This document shows positions 11,301 to 24,785 of a stretch of DNA of 64,000 nt, one piece after another. A program made the translations under genes and the position numbers. The stretch comes from Mobula hypostoma (Eukaryota). The stretch is taken from NCBI RefSeq assembly GCF_963921235.1, contig NC_086097.1, forward strand, positions 184,948,001-185,012,000, given 5' to 3'. The number at the start of each line of letters is the position of its first letter. Position 1 is the stretch's first letter. Under the pieces are notes generated by a model. The model was not told where the DNA came from. It did no database searches and worked only from the letters and a program-made list of their open reading frames with translations.

Positions 11301-14300
11301 AAATATACTTGCAGTAAAGGTTGCCTAAAGCAAAGTAAATCAAAGGGTTAATGGACTGAATGCTATATCCAATCTGTAAAACACAGCTTGTCTATTGCAT
11401 CAAAATTTAGGGCTATACATCTGTATTATAATGGATGAACACTTTTAAATTTCTTTAAAATTCTATATGGAATTTTTTCAGAAGGACATACCTTTTTTTA
11501 TTTTTACAAAAAATATAGTTAGCAGAATAGACTTAGAAGAGGAATTCTTCCATCTTTTTGCTTTTTAATGCTGGAATTAAATTAAAAAAGCCTTTGACCT
11601 TGTCTTTTAAAAAAATATCTGAGCAGGCTTTTGTGCTTCAGCAATTGGTAGCTTTCCCACAGGCACTGTGCAGATAGCCTGCTGAAGTCCCATAGCCCTC
11701 ACCTTATTTAATATAATGGAATAACACTGCTTTTGGAACCACCTAGTACAGATGAGGCAGCCCCTGGGATATGTACTTCAGGGATTGAGGAACCGAATGC
11801 TAAGAAATGTGTAAATCTTAGGGGACAATGAGGGGATTGCAGGAAAAAAAAACAGTACAGGGACACTAATACATCTTCTTGACAAGCAGAGGTTTGATGG
11901 GACATGTACGGCATACTGTTCCATCTGGTGCTTATGATTGCATGGCATATTAGCATGCTGCAAGTTCATAATGTATTCAAGGCAAGGAACCATCCTCTGC
12001 ATACCAAGTGAGCTCTCCTTCCCAAGACTGCCTTTGAATCTTGATGATTGTGTCTTGCATGTTCCACCTGTGTTCTACAGGACAAGATTCTTTTCTAACA
12101 CATCACAAGAGACGTGCACCCTATGCATCTGCTGCACTGGAGGATCTACTTATTTATGTAAACATACAGGTTGGATTGTAATCAGACTTACCAGTGTCCT
12201 ATTAGAATCGTAAACCAATTCTCCTATCCAACCTCTAATTACAGGGATAATTACTATCAAACAGCATGAGTTAAGGGGATGGGGTCACAAGTGCAGACAT
12301 TTTCAGCATTGGTTACAGAGCCATCATCCCAAGCTTTTTGGCTCACAGCAAGGTTTACACTACTCTACACCCAGTCACTTAGAGAGGAGGCCCAGAAGTA
12401 TCACAGTGCCTAGTGTTTGGCATAACCTGACATATTGGCTTTAAATTTCAGCATAAGCTTCGGTTGTGTTTGAGGACATTTCCAATTATCCCCCTTGGTA
12501 GGTGATAACGGTTCTAAACATGACTGTTCAATTCAGTCTGGCGACTTTGTAATTAAGATATACTGTTTTTTTTGCTGAAGTAATGCACTAGCACATTAAA
12601 TCCAGCGAAATTTGTGGGAGTGAGGGTGGGTAAGCTGAAATATTCCAGCAAATGTTTGTGAGATTCCTTGAATTCTTCGACATTTTATTCAAAACCTGTA
12701 AATATCTGCTTTTGGAGATATGATGCATATAGTACTTTATGCACTTGAACACCATGTGTAATCCCTGAAAAGCCAGCCCCACCAAGTCAGCCCTTTGTAT
12801 AAAAGAGCACCTTGTTTAAACCAGACTGAATAATTAATATAGGCTGCGTGCAGTGAAGGATTTCCAATTGCTCTATATACATTGAAGATTTTCACATACT
12901 GGAGACTGTTGGGATAAAGGAATTTGGTACACATTCATCTGTGAACATAGATAATATTTTTCAAAGCTGCAGGAAGCTTGATTTACATAGTTTGCTACTG
13001 TCTTTTAATTGTCTTTAACCAACTTGAACATAAAGTTGGTCAGTACTTGCCATTTCTCAAAATTAAAAAGATTGCATGTTTTTGCTTTCAACTTTTTGTT
13101 TCTATTTAGGCTTGGCCATAATGCTTTTAATTAAAAATACTATTACTGTATAGCAAATGAATCCATTCTTTAAAATAAAATAATCACTTTCATTTTGAAT
13201 AAATTTGTTTCAGTTTCTGGAGGAATGAAAGAGGAGCAAAGCAAACATTCCCATAATTATGCTTTTAAATTAGAAATAATGTATTTTTGCAGAAAGATCT
13301 GATATGTTCAATTGAAAAGATCCTTTTGTGAGTTTCCATTGTAGCTTTGCTTTGTTTAAAAAAAAGTGAATCATTCAGAATGATCCTGCTACCTAGAGTA
13401 AATGGAGCTTACTTACAAAGGCGTGAGCCATGTTTTCTGAGTTTACATCAAGTCACTAACTTTACTAGAAGCTTGCTTTTTTTTTGGATATGGTTTAGGA
13501 CTGGCCCATTATTTCAGCATTATCTCCATCATGAATTGATTGTGTTAAACAGCACTGAATGAGTTGCAGATGGTGGCAATACATTTAATTTGCAGGACTT
13601 CTTGGTTCTGGCTCCATCTGATCCAGGGCAGGTTGGCTGTACAAGAAACCTGGCTGACACCAAACTGTCAGTACAGTAGAAGCGTGTGTCTGCTGGGTTG
13701 GGGAGGCAATTTTAATCCTCAGCAGAGCTGTGCTGCAGATGGAGATGCTTGGGTGACTATTTTGGATAGCTTTCAGATTTCATAAGGAAGTTCTGTATTA
13801 GGACTAATTGTGTGTGTTAAAGTGCAGGGATACATAGAAGTAACATGATTTCAGATTTATAATTACAGTTTATGCTTCAGTACTTGTAGAATGCTGTGAT
13901 ATTTAAGCGTGAGGGATATGAGTCTGTTGTATGAGTAACAGATTAATTCCACAGGCTTCTCTCCCTTGTGTTTTGGAGCTGGTTATCTGGACGGTCTTTA
14001 ACAGTACACCATGAGTGTTAGCAGAATGGAAACCAGATGGGCTTGCAGTTCCCACTGTTATCTTCCAACCAGCCCTGGCAAGCTCTCTACCTCAGCATGT
14101 CAGGAATATTTTCCTTTTATTTAGGAGAGACTGAATTCACTGCTCTGTCTAGAGTAACATGTGGTTGTTAGTTTTGGGTTTAAGGACTGAAAAATATTTA
14201 TAACATGTGATTTTGAACACTTGAGGTAGTAAGGTGAATACACAGGATGCTCTGTTAGAGGATGACTGGGTATAAAGTTAATTATTGATCTTTGAATATT

Positions 14301-16010
14301 CTGAAACTAAGTGAACGAATAAGAACATAACCTTCTTGGATATATAAGTGACAAAACACAGGAGACCAATTTCACATCTTTTCATTTCATGATCCTAATT
14401 TTCTGAAAGAAATGTTGTAATTACAGGTAAATGGTAGCATTTGGTGGTGGTGAAATGTTAGCATGGGTTTATTTTCCCAAAGGATGTTCGATTAAAAATG
14501 ATCTTTAAACCAACATAATATACAGCCTAGTTAGTGTCTGAATATTTGTGTTAATGCACTATTTTAAACTTTGCTTGGTTTCTAATATTGTGGTGGTTTG
14601 TAACCAATCAATTATTGAAATAAACAAATCACAAAGCATTTTGAAGTGATTATCCAATCAATGGACAAACTACTATTTAACCTGAATTAAATATGAGCCG
14701 TCCAACAAGCCAAAAAAAGGCATTCTGTTCCACGAAAGCTATTGTTTTTATTTGTGGTTCAAAGACTGTCTATATTTATAGGTAAGATAATGTGCTTTAT
14801 ATGTAAATGCTTAACATATGATTGATATCAAAGATAAGAAATAACATTTTAAACATAATAATTGCATAATAGGTCCTGATCAGAGTCTCCATTTTCACTT
14901 GGATTTACTTAATGCTTCGACCTTGGCTGGCCTCCATTCTTTCCACAACTGGGTTCCATCTCTCCCACAACATTCATGTTAAGCCAAAATAAAATGACTG
15001 CTTTACTTCTGAAAATGAGAAAATCATAGATTAGGTCAAAGTGGGGAAAGACTTTGCAATGGATGAAAATAAAAAAAAATAAAAAAAACAGGGGTTTGAA
15101 GCAAATAGGAAATTAATCATCATACTGAGGAAAAATAAGAAAAGGTAGAAGAAGGCAGTATACTTTCATTTCAAAATATCTGTGATATCTAAATATTTGT
15201 TCAGAAGCAAGAACTCAAAGAATGAGGGAGGCTCTCTGTGAAATATCTCGTATCAGCTGATTCAAAGTGAAACATGATAATCAGCTTTTAAAACTTGACA
15301 CAGGTAAAAAGTGCAGTACATTGAAATGGTTGATAATATTGTGTAAGTATTAATTGTAGTTTATTGTTAATGAAGGTGTAGAATAATCTATGATCATCTA
15401 TGATAGTCTACTGAATATATTATACAACATTTTTCAGACTTTAAATTGTGGTCCATTATTTATTAAAATTTTACATTGTATGTTTGCATTTTATTTAGTA
15501 TAATATTGCAACTATAATTTTCCATGTGTACCTTTTTTACTTATCATGAGTCATAAGTTTCAGGACCGCAAAGTATATGGTTAAATACCATTCAGTGCCC
15601 TCTCAGCCAAAGCAATATAAAATTGGAGGGTGTTACCACAGGAATGTTGTATTTTGTTCAAAGTGCCAGAGGTTTACATGCGTGTAGCATAAGTCTATCA
15701 AATTTCTCAAGAGTTTTGATTCATCGTTACTTTTGGTAATATTAGACATTAATCCAGGAAGAGTTTATTTAAACGGAATGAAGTTCCATGCAAGGAATTA
15801 TCTATGTATCTTTAAGCTAGGAAATAGAAGCATATCCTCCATGTTAATAATGAGCTGACACCATCTGTGATATGCCTCCATTTTGCATATTGATCGAAGT
15901 TGAAACTGCTATTTTGTCCAGGGTTGTGGAGCACTAGAATGACAATATACAGCAGTTTCTTGAGCCAGAGATAACAAAAAATAATATCAGTGCTCTTTTG
16001 CTTCTGACAG

Positions 16011-16148
16011 ATCACAGTGAGAAGCGCTCCACGATGCCAGACTCCCCTGCAGATGTAAAAACACAATCCAGGTTGACACCTCCAACAATGCCACCTCCTC
16101 CAAACAACCAAGGAGCACCTCGAACTAGCTCATTCACACCAACAACAT
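16011..16148 (+). CDS. RUNX1T1: RUNX1T1 coding exon 2 (138 nt): [46 protein letters not shown]
   Basis: Acceptor ctgacag| and donor |gtaatg, phase 1-1. Translation is nearly identical to the ETO N-terminal region. A second in-frame ATG lies at 16034. Confidence 0.96.
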
Positions 16149-16885
16149 GTAATGATAAATATTAATATTCATATTTTATTGGTCTTTATTATTCTTCAGT
16201 TTTGCATATATTTACAGAAAGTATGCAAGTTAGATGGGGATGAGAAAGAACAGAATATACGAGGGGAAACCTGATGAGTGAGTGGCAGATCAAATGAAAA
16301 GACGAAGTGCAAGGAATGTGCGATAATTTTAAGTTAAGTAATGTAATGCTGTAAATCAGTCCGAAAGTCAAAACTCTTTGAATTAACTTCTGATATGCTT
16401 TTGGGATTGAATGTATCTATTTATTTATTTTAGTCCCTGTTGTGCTTTAACCCTGACCGTCTCAGTGGAGCTGTTCTGGCAGGTGCTTTGATAAATATAA
16501 CCTTCGTACTTGGCCTAGTATTGGAACTGTACACCTGTTTTACTTTAGACTGACAATGCTATTTTCAGATGTTTCCATACTGGACGTATCCTCCCAAGCA
16601 AAAGCAAAGTAGAATTCAGCCTGGGCTTATTCAGTGCTGTGTAGCATATGTAAGAAGTAGAATTCTTGTTCTGGAAACTTTTTTAATATACGTAACTGAG
16701 ACATGCTACAAAAAAAACAGTTGTTATTGGCCTGCTTGACATATGGTGGGAGAAAGTTTCCTTGTCATTGTTTGCAAGGTTATTGCTTTTATAACATGGT
16801 GTCTTGTTCTTATTAATTGAGTGGAGTAATCTATTCTCAAGACAGAGGGTAATTTTTTTCTTAAATTCCTACTTTTTTTTTTCAG

Positions 16886-17127
16886 TAACAAATGGCAACA
16901 GTCACTCACCTACTGCATTGAATGGTGCACCCTCTCCTCCAAACGGCTTCAGTAATGGAACCTCTTCTTCTGCCTCTTCCACGCTGGCAAATCAGCAGCT
17001 GCCACCAGCCTGTGGTGCTCGACAGCTCAGCAAGCTGAAGAGGTTTCTAACAACCTTGCAGCAATTTGGCAATGATATTTCACCAGAAATTGGCGAGAGA
17101 GTGCGAACCTTGGTGCTAGGATTAGTG
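16886..17127 (+). CDS. RUNX1T1: RUNX1T1 coding exon 3 (242 nt), start of TAFH/NHR1 domain
   Basis: Acceptor ttttcag| and donor |gtaagt. Encodes [21 protein letters not shown]...[39 protein letters not shown]. Confidence 0.98.
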
Positions 17128-17187
17128 GTAAGTATGGAATGTGAAGCTGTTTTCAGTGAGATACCATACACTTCATGGCATATTAAG

Positions 17188-17188
<1 letters not shown>

Positions 17189-17236
<48 letters not shown>
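17189..17236. repeat. (TG)24 microsatellite
   Basis: Perfect TG run starting about 60 nt downstream of the exon 3 donor. Confidence 0.98.
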
Positions 17237-17238
<2 letters not shown>

Positions 17239-19004
17239 ATCTTTTGTTCCTGCACTGGCACTGACATTTCATACAAAGTTACTTTATATTTGATCAAATT
17301 GTACAGTTCTGGTCCAATTCTAGCAAGGCTTTAACACTGAAAACCTGTATCATAAACGCATAGAAGAAGGAGAATATGTAGCTCATGGTGTAAGGGATGT
17401 TGGTTTCAGTACACCATTAGTTAAGTTTATTTATAGAAAAAGTCAGTAATCAGACTAAGAGCCTGAAATCATGCGGTTTGATTCATTTTTCATTTTGGTA
17501 TTATTGTAGGCAATTAACAAATCACAGGTGCCCTCCTGTGATTTTTCTTTATTCCTCGTCCTCCAACTTCCCTTTCCTGAAGTTAGCAGTGGTGAAGTTG
17601 ATAGTGCAGTATAAATGATAGCTAATCAGTAGTTTTGCACACAGACAGAAAATAAAAATTAAAGTATAAAATGAGCCACTGCTCTTTTATCATCACTTAC
17701 AAGATCAATGTCACCCTCTGTGATTTGTCCTAGTCATATAGATTTGTGTAGCCATTAGTAGCTTTCCTATACCACAACCTTAATCCTTGCATTCAATGGA
17801 GATGCTACTTGGTCAGTTTAATCATCTTGTCCAAAATTTCACAAAAATTATTCCCATGATTTCCAATAGAAACTATTTTAACTGATGGGAGAGTTGGACA
17901 GAGAATTAAGGCTGATGAAAGGACCAAAGGGAAGGTGAGATTTTATTTGATATTCACTAAGGCATTGTAGTCAGTACCATAGTAGAAAAGGGTTCAAAAA
18001 TAACTTTGAAGAATTAGAGAACTACACTGATGTTACCCTAGGTATTAGAGCACGGGTCAAAGAGTAGTGGCGTGGCTAGAGACAGGGGTACTAATATAGA
18101 AACGATAAGCAGGCCATGGCAGGACGGGTTGGGGCATACACATCTAAGAGCAATAAGGCTAGAGGTTAGAAAAATAAAATATGAAACTATTGGCCTTGTA
18201 TCTGAGCACACATAGTACTTGAAACAAAATGGGAGAATTGGGAGTCCAAACAGAGATAAATTTGATCCAGTAGCCTTTGGATGAAGTAGAATTGGGACCT
18301 GAATGTTGAAGGATATGCTTATATAAGAATATTAGGAAATGGGAAGATCCAAGAATAGTTCTGTTAATGAATAATGGTCGTGGCACCACAGGGGGGTAAC
18401 CTACGTTCAGAAAACCAGGATACGGATAGAGTTCGAGTGGGGAAAGAGAAATAATAAAAACAAGAACTCATTTGTTAGAGTACAGTACTGATTCCCCAAT
18501 ATCCACACAGTAGTTTATAGTCCGGTGGGAACTTGTAATAATATTTTGGCAACATTATAGGGGTATTTTATCACTTAGACTATGTCTAGACTAGAAAAAT
18601 GGGATGGTCAAAAGTAGCTTGGATGAAGACTTCATGGTATTGTGGAGAGCAGGTTATACTATATTTGATACTGTGCAATGAGATGGGGTACTTAATGACC
18701 TCATCATAAAGATGCCCCTATGTGACACCAGTCATAATATGATTACATTTTACATTCAGCTTGAAAGAAGGAGAAATAAGTCCACACTTACCATTTTGAC
18801 TTAAATAATGTGATTATGAGGGTGTGGTATTGGACTTAGCTAAAACAAACTGGCAAATTAGTTCAAAGGACTAGTCAGTGGTGACGCAGCATCAGATATT
18901 TAAAGGAATATTCCGGAATACACAGCACAGCTATATTTCAATAAGAAACAAACATTCTAACCCACCATCCATTGTTAACTAAAAAAACTTTTAAATGGTC
19001 TTAA

Positions 19005-19435
19005 ACTTTGGCTGGTTAGCATCCATCTGTCTCGAAGGAGAATGGGTGATGATGGTCATCATCACAAGCCTGGGTGGAAGGAATGGAGATCCTGGGATGC
19101 CCAGTCGTCAAGATCCCCTTCTCAGCCTCACCAGTGTGGTCCAAAGGAAAGCTTGTGAAGCAGTATGTTTGACACCAGCTTGGCTGCAGGAGCTGCCAGA
19201 AGGAGGTTCAATGATGTTCAGCTGCCTTAGGGGCTCCACTCCGGATTTGCTGTCTGGGTTTACTCAACCTGCGTCCGAAAGGAATTCGGTTCCTGTGTGT
19301 CGCCAGCAAGGAGGCACTACATGAGGCTTACAGTTGGAGAGGCTATGTACTGGCAGGGAGAGATTTACCCGTTCCTTTTCACAAGACAGCTAGCCAGTGG
19401 TGGAAGCTGAAAGCGAGAGCGACATGCACTGCCAC
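19005..19435 (-). mobile_element. RTE-like LINE 5'-region fragment
   Basis: Shares ordered motifs (tccaaaggaa, tttg.caccagc, ctgccttagg, gggtttactc) with 49705-50238. Clade assignment is from memory. Confidence 0.45.
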
Positions 19436-19460
19436 TCTTAAACTTTAATAACAGCATATA

Positions 19461-19994
19461 CATTCAGTGGCTTCTTTATTAGGTACAACTGCTTGTTAAT
19501 GCAAATATCTAATCAACAGTCACATGGCAGAAACTCTGCATAAAATCCTGGAGACATGGTCAAGAGGTTGCGTTGTTGTTCTGAGTCAAACATCAGAATG
19601 GGGAAGCAATGTGATCCAAGAGACTTTGAATGATTGTTGGTGCCAGATGGGGTTGTTTTAAGTATCTGCTGGGTTTTTCACACAGAGCAGTCTCTATAGT
19701 TTACAGAAAATGCTGTGAGAAATAAAAAGAAAAATCCAGTGAGCAGCAGTTCTGTGGGTGAAAATGCCTTGCTAATGAGAGAGGTTGGAGGAGAATGGCC
19801 AGACGGGAAGGTGACAGCAACTCTAATAACTATGTGTTGCAACAGTTGTGTGCAGAAGGGCATCTCTGAATGCACAATATGTCAAAGTGAATGGGCTAGA
19901 AGTCAATGGGCTTCAGCAGCAGAAGACCATGAACATACACTCAGTGGCCACTTTATTAGATACAGGAGGTACCTAATACAGTGGCCACTGAGTG
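19461..19994 (+). mobile_element. Non-autonomous Tc1/mariner element
   Basis: TA-flanked TIRs ca(c/t)tcagtggc...tttattaggtac and gtacctaata.agtggccactgagtg. Decayed transposase N-terminus (atggggaag...atgattgttggtgccaga). Confidence 0.85.
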
Positions 19995-20759
19995 TATTTG
20001 TGTGACTACAGGCAGCAGGACAGAAAATTGGACAGAAAAACAAAGACAAAACAACTAAAAATTTAATGAGAAAGGAAACATAAATGATGGAAAGCTAGTA
20101 AGAAGTATGAGAACAATAAAAGTTTGAAGCAGTCAATATTTAAAAATAGGAGTATTAACAAAGTGACCGTTGATCACAGAGAATTCAGCCTTGGGAATTA
20201 ATAATCAGATATAAGGGGATAACAAGTGTTTTGCTTATATCTTTGCTTTGGGAGTCACAATTATGATCCCATAAATATCAGGAATTGCAAAGGAGAGAGG
20301 GGCTCATTGAAAATTTCATTCATTGGAGAACTGGTACGGGGCAAATAGTTGGAGGTGCAGACTGACAATTCCCTGGGTCCTGATGACCTTCATCTTCAAA
20401 GAGTGGCTGGTCGATCAGTTTATTTTTCCAAAATTAGCTGGATTCAGGAGGGTGCAATTAGAGTAGAAAGTCACAAATGTAACTCCTCTAGTCAAAAGGG
20501 AAGGGTGTAACAGTCCTGATAGTTTGCCATTCTGGAAGTGTTGCATTATTGAGCAAATGGAAAACTCTAGGTAATCAGAGAATGTCACTTTGGTGTTATG
20601 AGAGGAAACTCGTGTTTGAACAGTCTGACAAGAATCAAAGTGGGCATAATTGGCTATATTTCAGGTGGCAATCTGTAACAAATAAATTGGTGTATTATTT
20701 TCACAAACTGTTTTGCATGCCATTCATATAATATTCATTATATGTAATATGTATAATGT

Positions 20760-21290
20760 TCATTATTATAGTGCGTTGAGGTAGTACAAGGGGAAAAGCA
20801 ATTACAGGTCAGGCAGATAATAAGGTGCAAGGCCACAATGAGGTAGATTTATGAGGTCAGGAATTCATCTGATTGTTATAAGACTGTTGAATGGCCTCTT
20901 AGTACAGTGGGATAGAAGATATCCTTTAGCCAGGTGGTACCTGCTTTTAGGCTTTTTGTACCTTCTGCCTGATGGGAGGGAGAAAAGGAGAGAATATCCA
21001 GGATTATGTGGTCTTAATGTATGTTGTCTGCTTTACTGCATTATGTTTGTGACTGTGTAGTTTCTTGTGGTCATGGGCAGAACAATTGCCATACCAAGTC
21101 ATGATGCATCTGGATAGGATGCTTTCTATGGTACAGTAATAAAAATTGGTGAAGGTCGAAGGGGATATGCCAAATTCCTTTAACCTCTTGAAAAAGTAAA
21201 GGCACTAGTGAGGTTTCTTGGCCATGGAGTTCACTGTGGTTGGACCAGGAGACACAAGTGGTATTCCACAGGTACCAGTGCTGGAACCTC
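20760..21290 (-). mobile_element. Rex1/L2-like LINE 3' fragment
   Basis: Reverse complement resembles the 50480-50870 part of the element at 49444 (cttctgcctgatgggagg; gatgctttctatggtacag). Confidence 0.6.
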
Positions 21291-22394
21291 AATGTTGGTT
21301 GGATGAAGGTTCAATTTGCTAATAAGATAAAATGGCTAAAAAGGTAAATTATCAAGAGAAATGAGTAGATTAAGTAAATGGCCAAAGGTCTGGTAAAAGA
21401 GCATAACATTGGGAAAATAGTAATTGTGCATTATTGTAGAACAGCTAAAAAATGAAGCATATTATATAAAAAGTGAAAGATTCAAGCCACAGAGAACCAG
21501 AAGATGTGAGTGTCCTGGTATCCAATTTATAAACACCTAGTATGTAGGTATAGTAAAGATAACTGAATGTTCTTGTTTGTTGCTGGAGATATTGAACATG
21601 CAGATTATGAATTAATGTTTCACTTGCATAAAGCATTTGGAAACCACATTTGGAGTACTATGTATGATATTCATTTCCTTATTTAAGAATGGTTGTTTAT
21701 GTGTTGGAAAATGTTTCAGAGAAGGTTTGCAACTAATACCTTGAAAGGTGGTGGAAGCAGTCTTTGAGTAACTTTTAAGGTCTTGACAAGCAAGGAAATG
21801 AAAAGTTACCTGGTGCAGAAAAAATGCAGAGTGGAGTTTACAACTTTCCACCTGTGATTGTATTGCATGGCGGAGCAATCTTGAGGAGCGGAGTAGCCTG
21901 CTCCTGTTCCTAACTTGTATATTCATATGTAAGAACATGGCAGAGGAAGAAAGGAACAGCATTTTGAAACCACTGGCATGCTGAATGGTATAACTGCCTT
22001 CTATTTGCATTGTCATTTCCAGGAAGTCTAGGTAATCAAGTAATTTTCTCACAATTTACCAGGGACATGGAAGCGGGTGTAATCACCTGCTGTGCTTCCC
22101 TTTGTGTTGAGCTAACTTGCTCCATACTAGCACACAGCATGCTGAGCATTAAACATTGCACCATTAGGGCCACTTAACAATTTAAGTAAGATACTAATCT
22201 ACCATGTTATGATCTTGCCCTTCATTGTTTACCTGCACTGCATCTGTAGCTTTTACACTTTGTTCTGCATCGCTATTGTTTTACATTGTTCTGCCTCAAT
22301 ACACTGAATAATGATCTGATCTGTGTGAACAGTATGCAAGACAAGCTTTTCACTATACCTTGGTACATGTGACAATAAGAAACCAATTCTAATT

Positions 22395-24785
22395 CATAGA
22401 GTCTTAGAACAACTGCAGCACAGAAGCAGGCTTTTCTGCCCATCTAGTCTGTGCTGAACTATTGATCTACCCATTCCCATTGACTTGCACCTGAACCATA
22501 GCTCTCCATAGCCCTCCCATCCATGTACCTATCCAAATTTCCCTTAAATTTTGAAATCAAACCCACATCCACCGCTTCTGGCAGATTATTCCACTCTTGC
22601 ACCATCTTCCGAGTGAAGAAGATCCCCCTCATGTTCTGGTCTAACATTTCACCTTTCACCCTTAACCCATAATCTCCAATTCTAGTTTCACCCAACCTCA
22701 GTGGAAATAGCCTGCTTGTATTTACCCTATCTATAGCGCTCATAATTTTGTATCCCTCTATCAAATCTCCCCTCACTCTTCTACGTTTTAGGGAATAAAG
22801 TTCAATCTCATTTAATCTTTTCATATAACTCAGGTCCTCAAGTCCTGGCACCATTCTTGAAAATTTTCTATGTACTCTTTCAACCTTATTTATGACACTC
22901 CTGTAGGCAGGTAGAAAATTGCACACTATACTCCAAATTAAGCCTCACCAATTCAAATTCAATATAACATTCCAACTCCCGTACACAGTACTCTGAAGGC
23001 CAGTGTGCCCAAAGCTTTCTTTGTGACCCTATCTATTTGTGATGCCACTTTCAAGGAATTATGGACCTGTATTCCCAGATCCTTTCTGTGCTACCATACT
23101 CCTTAGTGCCCTACTGCTCAGTTTATTAGTCCTACCCAGCCCTCCCAAAGAGCAACATCTCACACTTATCTACATTAAATTCCATCTGCCCTTTTTTTTT
23201 TACCCCTTCTTTCCAGCTGATCTAGATCTCACTGCAAGCTTTGATAGTCTTCCTCACTCTCAGCTGCACCCCAATCTTGGTGTCATCTGCAAATTTGCTG
23301 ATCAAGTTTACTGCATTATCTTCCAGATAGTTCATATAGAATGCAAACAACAATGGATCCACCACGAATCCCTGCAGCACACCAGCAGTCACAGGCCTTC
23401 AGTCAGAGAGGCAACCACCTACTAGCAATCTCTGGCTTCTCCTGCAAAGCCAGTGTCTAATCCAATTAAGGCAAGCGACTGAACCTTCTTGACCATCCTC
23501 CCACGCAGGACCTTGTCAAGGGCCTTGCTAAAGTCTATGTAGGTAACATCCACTGCCTTTCTGCCTTCAACTTTCCTGGTAACTTCCTCAAAAAAACTCT
23601 GAGATTAGTCAGATACAAACACGCTCGAAGTCACGTTGGCCATTCCTAATAAGTCCCGGTCTATCCAATAACTTATACATCTGGTTCCTTAGAATATCTT
23701 CCAATAACTTAAGCACTACTGATGTCAGGCTCACCAGCCTATAATTTCTTGGTTTATTCTTACACCCGTTCTCAAACAGTGGAGCGCCATTACCTGTCCT
23801 CCAATCCTCTGGCATCTCACCCATGGCTAAGGATGTTTTAAACGTCTCGGCTAGGGCTGCTGCAATTTCAGCACTCGCCTCCCACGGGATCTGGACAACA
23901 CCTTGTCAGGCCCTGGGGATTTGTCCACCCCTAATTTGCCTCGACAGCAAACTAAGGTCCATGACCTCACTGCTCTTTTGCCTCATATCTATAGACTGTC
24001 TCTGTCTGCTGAGTAAATACAGATGCAAAAATCCATTTAAGACGGGGGTGGCCAACCTTTTACATTCCATGCGTCAAATTTTTCACGCATCAGTTCTGTA
24101 TTAGCATATTTTTACAAGAGTTGTATGGCGCATCTGAACTTTTGGCTCTCGGCATAGATTGCCACAATTTTGTCCCTTGCTATCCCTTTGCTCTTAGTGT
24201 ATCTGTAGAAGCCCTTGGGATTCTCCTTCACCATGTCTGCTAGAACAACTTAATGTCTTCTTTTATCCCTCTTGATTTCCTTATTAAGTTTTCCCTTACA
24301 TTTTTTTTTATAATTCTCAAGTACTTCATTTGCTCCTTCCTACCTATACTGGCTATACATCTTTTTTCTTAGCGAAAGCCTCAAAATTTCTCAATAACCA
24401 AGGTTGCCTAAATCTGTTATCCTTGTCTTTTATTCTGATAGGACATGCAAACTCTCTACTCTAAAAATTTCACTTTTGAAGGTGTCCCACTTGTCATATA
24501 CACTTTTGCCAGAAAACAACCTGTCCCTATCTGCATTTGGTAGATTCTTTCTGATACCATCAAATTTTTCTCCAATTTAGAAACTTAACCTGAGGACCAG
24601 ACCAATCCTCCATAATTACCTTGAAACTAGTGGCATTATAATCACTAGATGCAAAATGACCCCCTTCACAAACTTCTGTCACTTGTCCTGTCTCAATCTC
24701 TTATGGGAGATTTAGTATCACACTCCCTCTACGTACCGATTAAGGAAACTTTCCTGATTACATTTGACAAACTCAATCCCATCCA
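22395..24785 (-). mobile_element. Decayed 5'-truncated CR1 LINE
   Basis: ORF fragments 22459-22926 (ERVHRKFSRMVPGL...RGDLIE) and 23609-23824 (PEDWR...NYRLVSLTSVV). Confidence 0.9.
24042..24135 (+). mobile_element. Short hAT-like MITE fragment inserted in the CR1
   Basis: ggggtggccaacctttt terminal motif interrupts CR1 sequence between aatccatttaaga and cttttggctc. Confidence 0.4.

Larger units (their letters stand above)
18180..21940 (+). mobile_element. Old, decayed CR1 LINE ORF2 relic interrupted by RTE-like, Tc1 and Rex1/L2-like insertions
   Basis: Endonuclease-like start (ttgtatctgagcacacatagt..., LYLNARS-like). Recognisable CR1 segments at 20350-20500 (ccctgggtcctgatgaccttcatc) and a 3' end at ~21860-21935. 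Confidence 0.6.

Noticed and set aside
12081..12169. Possible cryptic exon (ctacag|...acag|gttgga)
   Set aside because: Weak donor, 89 nt (frame-shifting), and no recognisable homology.
16804..17334. 176-aa ORF as a standalone gene
   Set aside because: It is exon 3 plus intronic read-through; the CVCVCV stretch is the TG microsatellite.
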